DNA from: Anthoceros angustus
Lineage: Eukaryota; Plantae; Anthocerotophyta
Assembly: GCA_010909165.1 (NCBI GenBank)
Contig: MU008155.1
Location: forward strand, 1,736,001-1,800,000
Reading direction: 5' to 3'
Length of the DNA: 64,000 nt
Positions 27,080 to 37,753 of this stretch are shown piece by piece; position 1 is the stretch's first letter; every line of letters begins with the position of its first letter. Under the pieces are notes generated by a model that saw nothing but the letters and a program-made list of their open reading frames with translations, was not told the origin of the DNA and searched no databases. The position numbers and the translations under genes are program-made.

Positions 27080-27275
27080 GCGATCAAGACCATGACCTCC
27101 CGGGATTCGCGGTAGGGGGCAACACCCACAAGTATTCTTGCCCATGAAGGCCAGTGCTTTCATTCCTGTGAAACTTTGGGGCCATGGGCAAGAATTTTTT
27201 TGAGGTTTATCAACGGCTATGCTAAGGCCTACTACATCCGTAAGAATGGGGTAGGCCTCCCCTTATCTTCTCGGT
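27080..27275 (+). mobile_element. CRE-like non-LTR retrotransposon, REL-domain fragment (copy A)
   Basis: ETLGPWARIFLRFINGYAKAYYIRKNGVGLPLSS aligns by eye to IETHGAIGKDFFRLIKDCAQAYHSRRDVVGLPLSS of copy E. Confidence 0.65.
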
Positions 27276-27439
27276 GGGCCCTTCTTCCCAAGAACGCCTT
27301 CGACTCGAGAGGCTTGCCAAACAATTTTAGAATGTTTTTCGAGTGTGGGAGATGCAACATCTTCAACTCATGTGGGTGGTAAGTAAACCCTTCGTTATTC
27401 TAGACTACAACATCTTGGGGGCGATAGACAGCTTGAGGG

Positions 27440-28390
27440 TGAACAATGGCGGACAATGGCGGAGCTAGCCCCCGGGCCTGGGCTGCGGTGCTTGTTCCCC
27501 ACTCCCTCGGTGTACATTGGACTTCCCATGTATGCATTTTTTAAGGGAGCAGGTTCATGGCTTCTTGCTCGACCTTGCATGGAGGCTTTCCAAATAGCAG
27601 CAGCCTCTTTTTCTACCGCAATGAGGTTTCGCCTGGGCCTGGTCTAACCTTTGGCCTGCTCTCTCCAGGGAGCCCCACCCAGTGGGGTGCCCTCGGCGAC
27701 TCGGCACCCAGCACTCATCCGCAGTGGACCGGCGCAGATTGCTACATGATGTCTTTTGGCATGTCATGAGCACATGGAGGGAGGCTTCTTTCCTTGGAGT
27801 ACTTATACTTTCTATACAGTGGGTTTCCTCAGCGGACCTTTTTGTGGAACCGGGTTTGGTTGCAAATGTGGTTGTCACTAACCCTACTTGGGATTTCGTG
27901 AGTGAGCATGTGATCCTCAACCCTCCGGGGTGGGCAGCGGAGGGATGTGCCATGGTGAAGGTTCGTTAGTACTCTCATATGCAGCAAGGGCATGCCTTCA
28001 TCCCCCTTGCCATCCAGATCCATGGGGCCATGCGCAAGGCCTTTTCTAGGTTCCTTAAGACCTATGCTAGGGAGTACCACAACCGCACGAACGGGGTTGG
28101 CCTCCCTTTTTCATGTATCGTGGCTTTCTACACGCAACGGGTGTTCATCGCCCTACAACGGGCATTGGCCAACACGGTGTACAGGGCAATGGCGAGCGCA
28201 GGGTAGGTGGCTTCTTCGGCACCGGTGGTGGTTAGGCCCTTCCGCATCCCCGATTTTGATATCCTTGGTGCAGTAGGCATTTACGAGATTGGCGACAATG
28301 GGGGTTAGTCCCCCATGGTTTGGTGCCCTCTTAAGGGTTGTTCCTCTTCTCTTAGGTAGATGGATTTCCATCTCTTTTTCATAATAAAGT
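27440..28390 (+). mobile_element. CRE-like non-LTR retrotransposon, 5'-truncated (copy B)
   Basis: GAGSWLLARPC...FSTAMRFRLGL, ADLFVEPGLVANVVVTNP, FYTQRVFIALQRALAN; 3' end with AGATGG-ATTT-CCATCT hairpin (28358-28373) and AATAAA (28383-28388). Confidence 0.8.
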
Positions 28391-28743
28391 CTTTTGTTTC
28401 TTCATTTTCATAAAGTCTATACTAGTGAGCATCGTCGGGGAAAAAAAAAAGAAAACAAATCCGTGTCACAAGTCAAGAGAGATCACCTTGGTGCTTGAGG
28501 CGCCCGTCGGGTTACCTGGGGAGGGGTTTACCAGCAGCATAAGAGTTCTTCAGAAAGCAACTTGGCCCGCCTAGCATAATTTGGCGAGCAAGTTTGCCAA
28601 ATTATGCTTGACTCTCCATCACCGTCAATCTCCAGTCTCCGTCCATGCTTGTCAAGCACGCAACGCCGAGCCTTCGAGGTGGCTTACCGGCGCTGCATCT
28701 CTGTCTGACTTAAGATGATAGCTGCAAGACTATTGTTGCAACA

Positions 28744-29581
28744 ATGGACGACAAGAAGTATCTGCCGTTCTGGGGCCACAAGGCGCGCGACGGCAGAGCG
28801 GGAGCAGCCTGCCTGAGCCAGTGGTGGCCCGCGGAGTTCACGGTGGATGGAATCCGGTACGCCACTGCGGAGCATTGGATGATGGCAGCCAAGGCGCGCT
28901 TGTTCGGAGACGAGGCCTCGGAAGCGCTGATACTGGCAGCGAACAGTCCAGGAGCAGCAAAGCGGCTGGGACGGAAGGTGGAACGCTTTCAGGAAGAGGT
29001 GTGGATTCGGGAGCGGTCGGCGTTAGTAGTGCAAGGCAATCTGGCCAAGTTCGGGCAGCATGCGGATCTGGCCGCCTACCTGCTGAGCACCGGAGACCGC
29101 GTGTTGGTGGAGGCAAGCCCTACGGACTGCATTTGGGGCATCGGCCTCTCGGCCACCGATCCGCGGGCGGTGGACCCGCTGCAGTGGCGCGGCCTCAACT
29201 TGCTCGGCTACGCGCTCATGGAAGTGCGCGAGCAGCTCCGCCGCCTCCGTGAAGAGGTACAGCATTATCCCAAGGCGAGCATCGACCGGAGCAAGCCAGA
29301 GCCAGCAAATCATGAAAATTTCACTACATTCACATGCTCTGAATGCCTTCAAGCAGACTGTGCAGGCGGAGGACCGAGCCAGGGCACAGAAAAGCCGCGA
29401 TGGCTGTCGAGCAAGGGAGAAAAGGCTGGCCAAAATTCGCACGAAGGAAACAGGTGCAAAGAAACGAAAGGCTCGACATCTTCTTCAACGAAGAGAGCGA
29501 ATTGAGCTTGAAGCCAGAAAAAGAAAAGATTGGTATGGCACGCCGTTTCGGACACTTGGGTACTCGGGACACTGCGTCTAA
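28744..29581 (+). CDS. Stand-alone NADAR (YbiA/DUF1768) hydrolase of bacterial type, with predicted intron 29257-29356 and K/R-rich C-terminal exon
   Basis: KYLPFWGH, CLSQWWPAEFTVDGIRYATAEHWMMAAKARLFGD, AKRLGRKV, GNLAKFGQ, TGDRVLVEASPTDCIWGIG, WRGLNLLGYALMEVR; GAAGAG|GTACAG...AAGCAG|ACTGTG joins in phase 0 to TVQAEDRARAQKSR...KRKARHLLQRR...HCV*. Confidence 0.85.
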
Positions 29582-30149
29582 GTTTCCGTGGTTTTTTAGG
29601 GAAGTTGCTGCAACACTGGTGCAAACAAGGAAGCCCGACGTGTGGCTGAAGCCGGGTCTCGAATGGCTTCCGATCCCGGGGTTCGAATTTCGGGCCTACA
29701 TGTATTACTATTTTATGCAGAAAACATGGAACATGTTCATTCTAAGGCGTAGCAATGTTTTGCATTAAAAACTGACATTTGGTAAGTTGGACATAAATAT
29801 CTTGGTAATTCTAACTTAATATGTATCTTTAATATTATCATATTTTGTGTTAAAGATATTAAATTTATTCTTTAGGTTGGAATTTTAATGCAATTTTACT
29901 TTAACATTTATTTCCCTTCACACCTACTAGCAGTCCTAACTTAATATCTATGTACCTTTTACAATAATTTATTTGCTTTAAAGATATTGAAATTGTCCTT
30001 TGAGTTGAAATTTTAATATAAAATATAATTTTTTATTTGGAATTTTTATTAGTTTACGTGTGTAGTCTAGTGGGGGCAAGAATTTTTAAGGGTCCATAGG
30101 CCATAGAAGAAGAAGAAGAATTTTATTTAAGTCCACTGAAGACGGATTT

Positions 30150-30365
30150 CTTGCACCAAAGGCATCCACCCACTCCCCTTAGGCACCCCATCTAAGGGCA
30201 TCCACCCACTCCCTTTAGGCACCCCATCTAAGTACCGATCTAAACTCAGGACTTGGTACTTAACAACAAGTACCATGGTGTGCCTAAGCTACTTGCACCA
30301 AGGGCATCCACCCACTCCCTTTAGGCACCCCATCTAAGTACCGATCTAAACGATCTAAACTCAGG
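30150..30365. repeat. 36-bp repeats within a larger local duplication
   Basis: GGCATCCACCCACTCCC(C/T)TTAGGCACCCCATCTAAG at 30161, 30197, 30303; shared flanks CTTGCACCAA and TACCGATCTAAAC. Confidence 0.85.
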
Positions 30366-30751
30366 ATGCTTAATCACGGTGTTCTTATAAATGTGTGTCC
30401 ATTTGGCCTAAGCCATTTGGACCATAGGTGTCCAGGCTCTTAAGGCTTTTATGGCTATCATGGTTTTTTGAGGTAGGACGTTGTCGCATCTACGACCATG
30501 TACGCCATAGCAGCATGCAGCCATGGTTATCTTGGCTCTCACGTGGCCATAAGCGACATCGCACGTGCAGCCCTGGCTGATGTAGCAACCTTAATAAGCT
30601 AGCATGGCTTTCATGGCAGTTTATAAGTATTTACATGTGATTGGAGATAGTTTATGTATGATCCTATTGCACCAAGTTACTACAATGGAAGTCCATGTAT
30701 GGCACGCTGCAGCGCTGTGATGCCCTCTTCAATCCATGAAGAACAAGCTCG

Positions 30752-30855
30752 TGTTATAACTTACAACCCTAAAATTTGGACATGGTCATGTTATAACTTA
30801 TAACCCTAAAATTTGGACAAGGTCCTGTTATAACTTATTACCCTAAAATTTGGAC
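30752..30855. repeat. 37-bp tandem repeat, about three copies
   Basis: TGTTATAACTTA..ACCCTAAAATTTGGAC at 30752, 30789, 30826. Confidence 0.85.
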
Positions 30856-31465
30856 TACCCTCCCATCGCAAATAGGTTCACTCCAAAGCGACTTGGTCGC
30901 CGTGCCACAATGCACCATGACTACGGGAAGGTGCATGCATGGCACGATGTAGCGATTTGGCGGTGTAGAAATACTAATGCAAATGTTTTATCCAGAAATT
31001 CATTAATTAATAGTGATGATCCAACTGGGGCAAGGCAAGATTTTGATGAAGAAGGTAGCATGGATGTACACATGGTAATATCTAGATAGTCCCCTGATGC
31101 ATATTTATTGAATTTAGTAGAGACATCAAATGTAGATGTTTATGTAGACTTTTCGGATGATAAAAACACATTATAGAGAGTTCAAACTGATGACAATAAA
31201 AATGCTCTAACTTTGAAGGAACATGATAGAGTATGAAAAAGGAGTAAGAGATATAAATGGGTAGATAATAAACATCCAAATGTAGATAACATGAAAGTAG
31301 TACCAAAACCATATGTCAGAGTAGCATTAACACGCAAAATACAAAAAGAACTCTTAGTTTACTTATGAATAATTATTACTAGAAGCGAATGATGAATGTG
31401 GTTGATATAGTGGTATGAACATGTGAAGTTTCTGATAGAGTTAAAAAATATAATGTGGTATATGT

Positions 31466-34150
31466 TTTATTCAGGAAAAAAACGATGGGGAAAAACCCAT
31501 CCAGCATAGGACAACGAAGGTGGACCCCAGGGGTCAAGTTACCTACTGCTCCTAAAAAACATCGTATGCAGGAAGAACAAATGACCTGCAAACTACGCAA
31601 GAAGAGGAAGAAGTGTCACCTGTTGTCACTGCCTCGTGAAGGATTGCCGTCTAGAGGGCCCTTTTGAAGGGCAATAGAGACTCGCTATCTGAAGTACACT
31701 GTGAAGTAAGAAAGGGACAACCTCGCGCCATGCGTGCGGGTGTGGTAGGATCTGGCACGGGACTTGAGAAATTGATCGAAGTCCGCAGCCATTGCCCCAT
31801 ACGTTTCGAGTGCAAGCAAAATAAAGAAGTGGTCCACTTGCATCCCGCTATACTTTCTGACCTTGAGAGCTATAGCACCAGCGGCAACCCAACCAGGATG
31901 GATGTTAGTGATAACCTGAGCGGAGATGGTGTCTCGAGCAGGGTCAGTAACCACCACGTCCGCCACCGAAACCTGGTCACCGCGGACAAAGTACAAGTCA
32001 ACCCTGATGGAGCGACCTGTTCGAAGAATGTACGCTCGCTCCCTCTAGGCCATGTACCCGCTTTCACGAGATATGGCAAAGATGACATCGCGGATAGCGT
32101 CATGGGTGGCGATGCGATGACCCCATGGGGACAACGAGCAAGGTGTACCCAGAGTCATCGAGGGTAGAGCCGCACTCGCAAGTAAGAAGGGAAGACGCCA
32201 TAGGCTGAAGCAGGCCAAGACGAAATCGCATCGTAGTGATGAAGGTGGTTGGTGCAATGACAAAACCCCGTATACATGGATGAGCCAAAAGCCAAGCACC
32301 TGAGCCCCTTACCAGAACAAGAGCGAAGCCAAGCTCTCGTGGACCTAGGGATGGAGGGGTCCAAGAGGATGGAATGGAAAGCCTGGCCGAGCTGCTTCTC
32401 AAGCAACAACGCCTACAACCCCCTGAAACCATCGGAGATGAACATCGAGAAAGGAGGAAAATTCCGTCGATTTCGCAAAAAGCATTTCTCTGGCATGCCT
32501 CAATGTAGAGGAAGCAGCCTTGGGAAGGGTCCTGTAGTGGGCGATGGCAAAGAGGGCACTACCCAGAGGGTCGCCTTGTCTGGTACCTGTGGCTGATTCC
32601 AAGACAGAAACAACAAATCCCGAAGAGACGTTCTTGTGTTGATAGTAGAGATTGGAAGACTTCTCGTAGAAGCACCGAACAAAAGGTGTAAGGCTCCCCA
32701 TGAAACCACCAGCATCCTTGAGCTCCTCGAAGATGATGCTCTTGGAAATGGTATTGAAGGCATTTTCAACATTGACCTGTAAAACCACTCACTTTGGGTG
32801 GGTGTCAAGGCATGCCTGCACGGCAAAGACCACGGACTCGCAACCCCCCAGAGTGGCAATGCTAAATTGTAGGAGGTTGAGGTGCCGCTGGAGGAGGAGC
32901 CAAGGGCAATAGTAGCTGAGCCACATGAAGGCTTCCAACCGAGTCGACGTGACATGTTAGAGCCCCGGCGCAAGCTTGTCCACGCCCGAGTGAGGAAAGC
33001 AGAGAGATCCGATGAGGCATTTCCCCTAGTGCCACGGTAGCAGCCAGGGGAAAAAAGAGTAGCGGAAAGCCGCTGGATTGGTCTTCAGAGAGAAAAAGGT
33101 CCCAAAGATGCTCAAACACCATTCCAGACAGCCCAGCATAAGAAAGACATGGGCTGAAGAGAGAGCCAGAACAAAAGCCGCTCGGTCCAGGAAGAAGGGG
33201 TCCCCAAGGACATAGTTGAGTATGTCTAGGGGGATGGCATCCTTCGGGGCTAGATGGAGGGCACGAAGGGCTGCAATGGTCTGCATATAAGCAGGGGCCA
33301 AAGAAAGGGCCAGAGAGCCCTGGCAGCGTGGGCATATTCACCTGCTTGACCTAACAACTTGCATCGTCGTAGGTTCGTTGCCACTCCCGGGGCTTGTTCC
33401 ACCTGCAACGCGGATTCCGCTCGAGCCTTGGAAGCCGGCAATGTCTCCTCCTGAAGAGATGCCCAATCGCCGGCCCGAAAGCGACGGAGGCAACTGGCGA
33501 CCTCCCAATGACTAGAAGCCCCACCCCTAATACAACGTAGACACCGTCCTGGGAGTCGAGCACAAGGCAATGCAAAGGAAGACGGAACGCTAAGAGGGCA
33601 TCATCACGAAGGTGCCTGGGAATCCTGCGAAAGATGCGCGGGCATGGAAAGCGGGTTTCAAACAACCCAAGGATGTGATCCTGTTGAGTACGCAACCAGT
33701 CCCGTGATGAGAGAGGCACCCCTAGAAGCACGACACTGGATGCCGAAACCTGAGCCACGGAGCTAGTGGAGGTCGCAAGATGTACTTGGGTAGCCCAACT
33801 AGTCTGGTCAAAGTCCTTATGCATGTGCCCAATGTGGGTTTTTACCCCCTTAACGCCGCAAGAGAGTTGAGCACAGACTAGACAGGGAGTGTCCTTGATG
33901 GTCACAGAAGGTGTGGACCGCCCCATCGCAGAGAGAAGAAATCACAAAGAGAGAATAAACTGCGGACACCAGCTTGGGGTTGACAAGGCCAAGGAGGCAG
34001 CGGGGACTGGAGACAAAGAGTCCTCGACCTTTACTGGACATACAAAGTTTTAGCTCCGTATAGCGAACCCCAAGAGACCGGCCAAAAGGCCCCGCCTAGA
34101 GGGGATGGCCCACCACCACTAGCAACCTACCAGAGCAGTGCCCGCACCTA
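31466..34150 (-). mobile_element. CRE-like non-LTR retrotransposon, longest copy, internally deleted (copy C)
   Basis: N-terminal C2H2 finger CLVC-x12-HIGHMH (33884-33820); LRRCKLLGQAGEYAHAARAL; QFSIATLGGCE...VVLQVNVENAFN; GTRQGDPLGSALF; CECG..LDDSG, RIATHDAIRD, VADVVVTDP, KVRKY, LALETYG; 3' hairpin 31484-31501 and AATAAA 31471-31466; 5' boundary approximate. Confidence 0.85.
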
Positions 34151-34859
34151 CCAAATTCTTGTCCGTTGATTGTTCATGTGCAAGCATAAATCTCTAGCGC
34201 TCTACCATCGCCGTTGCTCTCTGTTTCGAATGCTCTCTACGATGAAGAATGCTTGCTTGATTGCCACAAGAACGAACATAATGACGGTCAGAAACACAAG
34301 ATGCTCACTCATGGTAAGGAATGTGATACTGAAGGACGTGCGCGCTTCCAAGTAGCACTTAACACATAAGCTCAGCTGGCTTTGCTTATCCCGACATCCC
34401 CTCACATCACTGAGCTCTTGTTACTCCTACAACACAGCCCCGCCCTGCCACGTTGGCCAGCAAATTCCTGTAAGCGATTTCTTCCACTTCAAGTGCTCTT
34501 CTCACAGCTCCTGAAACCCATGACACTCCGAGATCACGAATTGGGAAATTCAAACCTTACTAAGAGCCTCGGATCCACCTTCAATGGGATTCCCCTGTAC
34601 AGCACTACACAACCTCCTCCATCCCCCACCACAGAAGCCTCCAAATCCCACTATAGATCAGAAGCCATGAGAATGGAGAAGCATGCCAGTCATAGGATAT
34701 AGGTACCTAGGTATAGGTGTATGATGTTTCAAAAATCACCTCTCAGTGTGCAACTCTTCTTCATATGAGTGGGAGTAGGTACCACATAATAAATAATCAT
34801 TATGATGTACATATGCTGCCTCATATACATAGGTCCTCCCCATGTGTGCGTGTTGGGAG

Positions 34860-35940
34860 AAAGTGCCTGGCAACACAACTCAGTTAAAGCAAGTTTCTCC
34901 AATAAAACAACTAAATTACATCCATTACCAATAAGAGGTACATATGTTCTATAGATGGAGTTTGGATTTAGCAGGTGAATTACCAACAACAAGAAGAGGA
35001 TACAAATATGTTTTGGTAATGATTGAACATTTTTCCAAATGGATTGTCTTAATACATATAAAGGATAAGAAATCTAATGAAATTAGTGAAGCATTTCTAA
35101 ATTATGTTTTGAATGTGTTTGGAGCATGTGCAGAAGTATTAAGTATTAATAGACTAAGGAATAGAATTCAAGAGAGAATTTGATGATCTTTTGAATCAAA
35201 ACTCAATTGATCAAAGAACAACTTTTAGAAATCACCCTAAGGCTGATGATTTAGCTGGACGAATGATACAAACTTGTAAGCAAGCTTTAAGAAAATATTT
35301 TTTAACTATGGATAAAAATGAATGGGATAGAATGTTACCATTTCTTGAAATGGGGTATAGAATGAGTAGACAAGCATCATTGTGTAAATTTTCACTATGA
35401 ACATTATTTTTTGGGAGAAGACCATTATTATCAGGTAATTTAGAAGATAATTTGAACATTATTTTGGATTTGGATAATCGTAACTAATGGCTAAAAATTG
35501 TACGACATAGAGTTGAATTAAGATACAGAAAGATAAGAGGTGGTCATTTCATACCAAAATTAAGCCAATTTGAAGTTGGCGATTATGTTTATCTACAAAG
35601 AAAAACAAAGACAATAATTGATGCTAGTGCCAGTAGAGAGATATTGAGATTGAAAGAAATTAAACCTAGCAGAGTATTGATGTTAGAAGGAAGAGATGGA
35701 CGGACATGCTTGGAACGCATGAAGAATTGTGTCCTTGTCACTTACCACATTTGAATGCAACAATAGATCTGCTTGCCTTTGTTCCCAAAAAAGGCTTTAC
35801 ATGTACAGGATGTGCAGATTCTGGTGATGATAATTGCATGCTGCTTTATGATAGATGTAATGATGGATGATACATCTATTGTTTAGAACCACCATAAGAA
35901 GCAGGACCAGAGGGATAATGGTTTTGTCCTATGTGCACAA
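34860..35940 (+). mobile_element. Decayed Ty3/gypsy integrase followed by a PHD finger (REM1/Chlamyvir-like)
   Basis: LHPLPIRG/MFYRWSLDLAGELPTTRRGYKYVLVMIEHFSKW, FGACAEVL, HPKADDLAGRMIQTCKQAL, EVGDYVYLQR; PHD CTGC..MLLYDRCNDG*YIYCLEPP..EG*WFCPMC at 35802-35936; frameshifts and stops. Confidence 0.8.
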
Positions 35941-36058
35941 CAATTGAAAAGATGTACAAAGATGAATGAGTAAGTAAGTAATTGATTATTAATCGTGCTT
36001 ACAAATGTGTTATTGTGTGCAGATTAAGGGAGAGTGAGAGACCCTTAAATCAGAATCA

Positions 36059-36420
36059 TGATAAGAATACAAAGGAGAGAATCAGAGCATTCTTATTGAT
36101 ATTGTATTACTAAGAATATGACAAGTCTAATGATAAGAATACAAAGGAGAGATAGCATTCTTGTTGATATTGTATTACTAAGAATATGACAGGTCTAATG
36201 ACAAGAATACAAAGGAGAGATTCAGAGCATTCTTGTTGATATTGTATTACTTAGAACATGACGGGTATAAAGACCACAATAAGAAAAGACCACTAAGGTG
36301 GCAAGTAAATATATGACAGGTCTAAAGACCACAATAAGAAAAGATCATTAAGATGGCAAGCAAGAATATGATAGGGCTAAAGACCACGATAAGAACAGAT
36401 AACTAAGATGGCAAAATAAA
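36059..36420. repeat. Two adjacent AT-rich tandem arrays (about 70-bp x3 and 55-bp x3) downstream of the integrase
   Basis: GATAAGAATACAAAGGAGAG-like at 36060, 36132, 36200; AAGACCACAATAAGAAAAGA-like at 36269, 36325, 36379. Confidence 0.8.
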
Positions 36421-36707
36421 AAAGCACAAAGGTGGCAAAGAAAAAGACCACAGGTGACAAAACAGAAGTCCACAAAGGTGGCACAATCAAAGACCATAAT
36501 CTAAGAGTGCACATAAATTATAAAAAATATGGTACCATAATTAGAGTCTGATCACCTCAATATAAAAAGATAAGACATCTTAAAGCAAGATTTGCTAAGG
36601 CACGACAATTGCAACTTGAAGATGCTGAAAGGAAGACATCTTAAAGCAAGATTTGCTAAAGCACAATAATCTCAACTTGAAAATGGTGAAAGGGGTATTA
36701 GGAGTGA

Positions 36708-37290
36708 CGGGGAGGGGGACAAGGTGTAGCCAACATCATGCGAGCATCTGATTGAGCATTGGATGTTGGTGAGTACTGGACTTATCCATTGATACGAGGA
36801 GACGTATGTGGTCACCACGGACTACGAGGAGACGTATGTTGTTGATTGTTGGAAGGACACATCTGCGGCCACTCTCCGCGCGTGAATTGGTTAGGGCTTC
36901 TCAATTTTGTTCAAGTTTCCGGCCAGCTGAAGTTCCCGATTCCTCACACTCCGGACACCGATCAGTCTATCTCCATGTCTGGCCGAAAATTGGAAGCACG
37001 ATTTATCGATGGAGAAAAGAAACTGTTTTTAGTCCACTTCAGAGATAAACCGTCCACAACATGTGAAGCATGGAAGGATTTCGAACGCGCGACCTTTCGG
37101 ACCACGCCTTCACAAGTATGATAGACCTATGAGTCGTTTTGCATGAGGCCGGGCCCAACTCATCCTTGGAAACATTCGACTTATTTCTCGGCGATTTTTC
37201 GAGGTTGATCTATGTAGAGATGTACTGAAAAATGAGATTTTAGTGTAGGGAATATATTTAGTCTTGTACATATATATGTATAATATTACA
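36708..37290 (+). mobile_element. Possible polypurine tract and 3' LTR of the gypsy element
   Basis: GGGGAGGGGGACAAGG immediately followed by TGTAGC at 36725; candidate ...TTACA end at 37290; no second LTR in the window to confirm. Confidence 0.3.
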
Positions 37291-37300
37291 GAAATTTTGT

Positions 37301-37672
37301 TTTATTGAGGGAAAAAACGATTAGAAAAAACCCATCCAGTACGGGACAATGAAGGTAGACCTTAGGTGAAAAGAAGCAACTAAGCCCATGACATAAAGTT
37401 ACCTCTGTACCTAGAACATCATATGCACGAAGGCCTACAAATGACGGAGGAAGAGAAAGAAGAGTCATTTGCCATCGCCACCTGTGAAGGAGGAAGAAAC
37501 GTCATCTACCATCGCCACCTATTGAAGGATTGCCGCCGAGAGGGTCCTTTCAAGGGCAATGAAGACTTGCTGTTTGACGTACACTTGTGAGATAAAAGAA
37601 AGGGACCACACCGCGCCGTGCCTGCGGCTGCAGGCGTGGTAGGATTTGGCACATACTTGAGAAATTGATCGA
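37301..37672 (-). mobile_element. CRE-like element, short 3' fragment (copy D)
   Basis: Closely parallels the 3' end of copy C (QFLK..KSYH, VFIALERT, CCCATCCAG(C/T)A.GG.ACAA.GAAGG); AATAAA at 37306-37301. Confidence 0.75.
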
Positions 37673-37753
37673 AATTAATATTACAGCATAATTGGCTCTA
37701 TGAAAATTTTAGATGCAGTGTGAATGTAGAGACCCCGCACCTCTGTTCAGAGT

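Noticed and set aside
28744-29256. Bacterial contamination as the source of the NADAR ORF
   Set aside because: No bacterial neighbours or operon; flanked by plant-type transposons and followed by a plausible spliceosomal intron. A chimeric join cannot be fully excluded without reads.
29643-29706. tRNA or tRNA-derived SINE (GGTTCGAAT B-box-like, TGGCTGAAG A-box-like)
   Set aside because: Box spacing is short and no acceptor or anticodon stems can be formed.
36950-37121. Chromodomain (KKLFLVHFRDKPSTTCEAW)
   Set aside because: Only loose resemblance, lacks the conserved Trp positions and lies after the candidate PPT.
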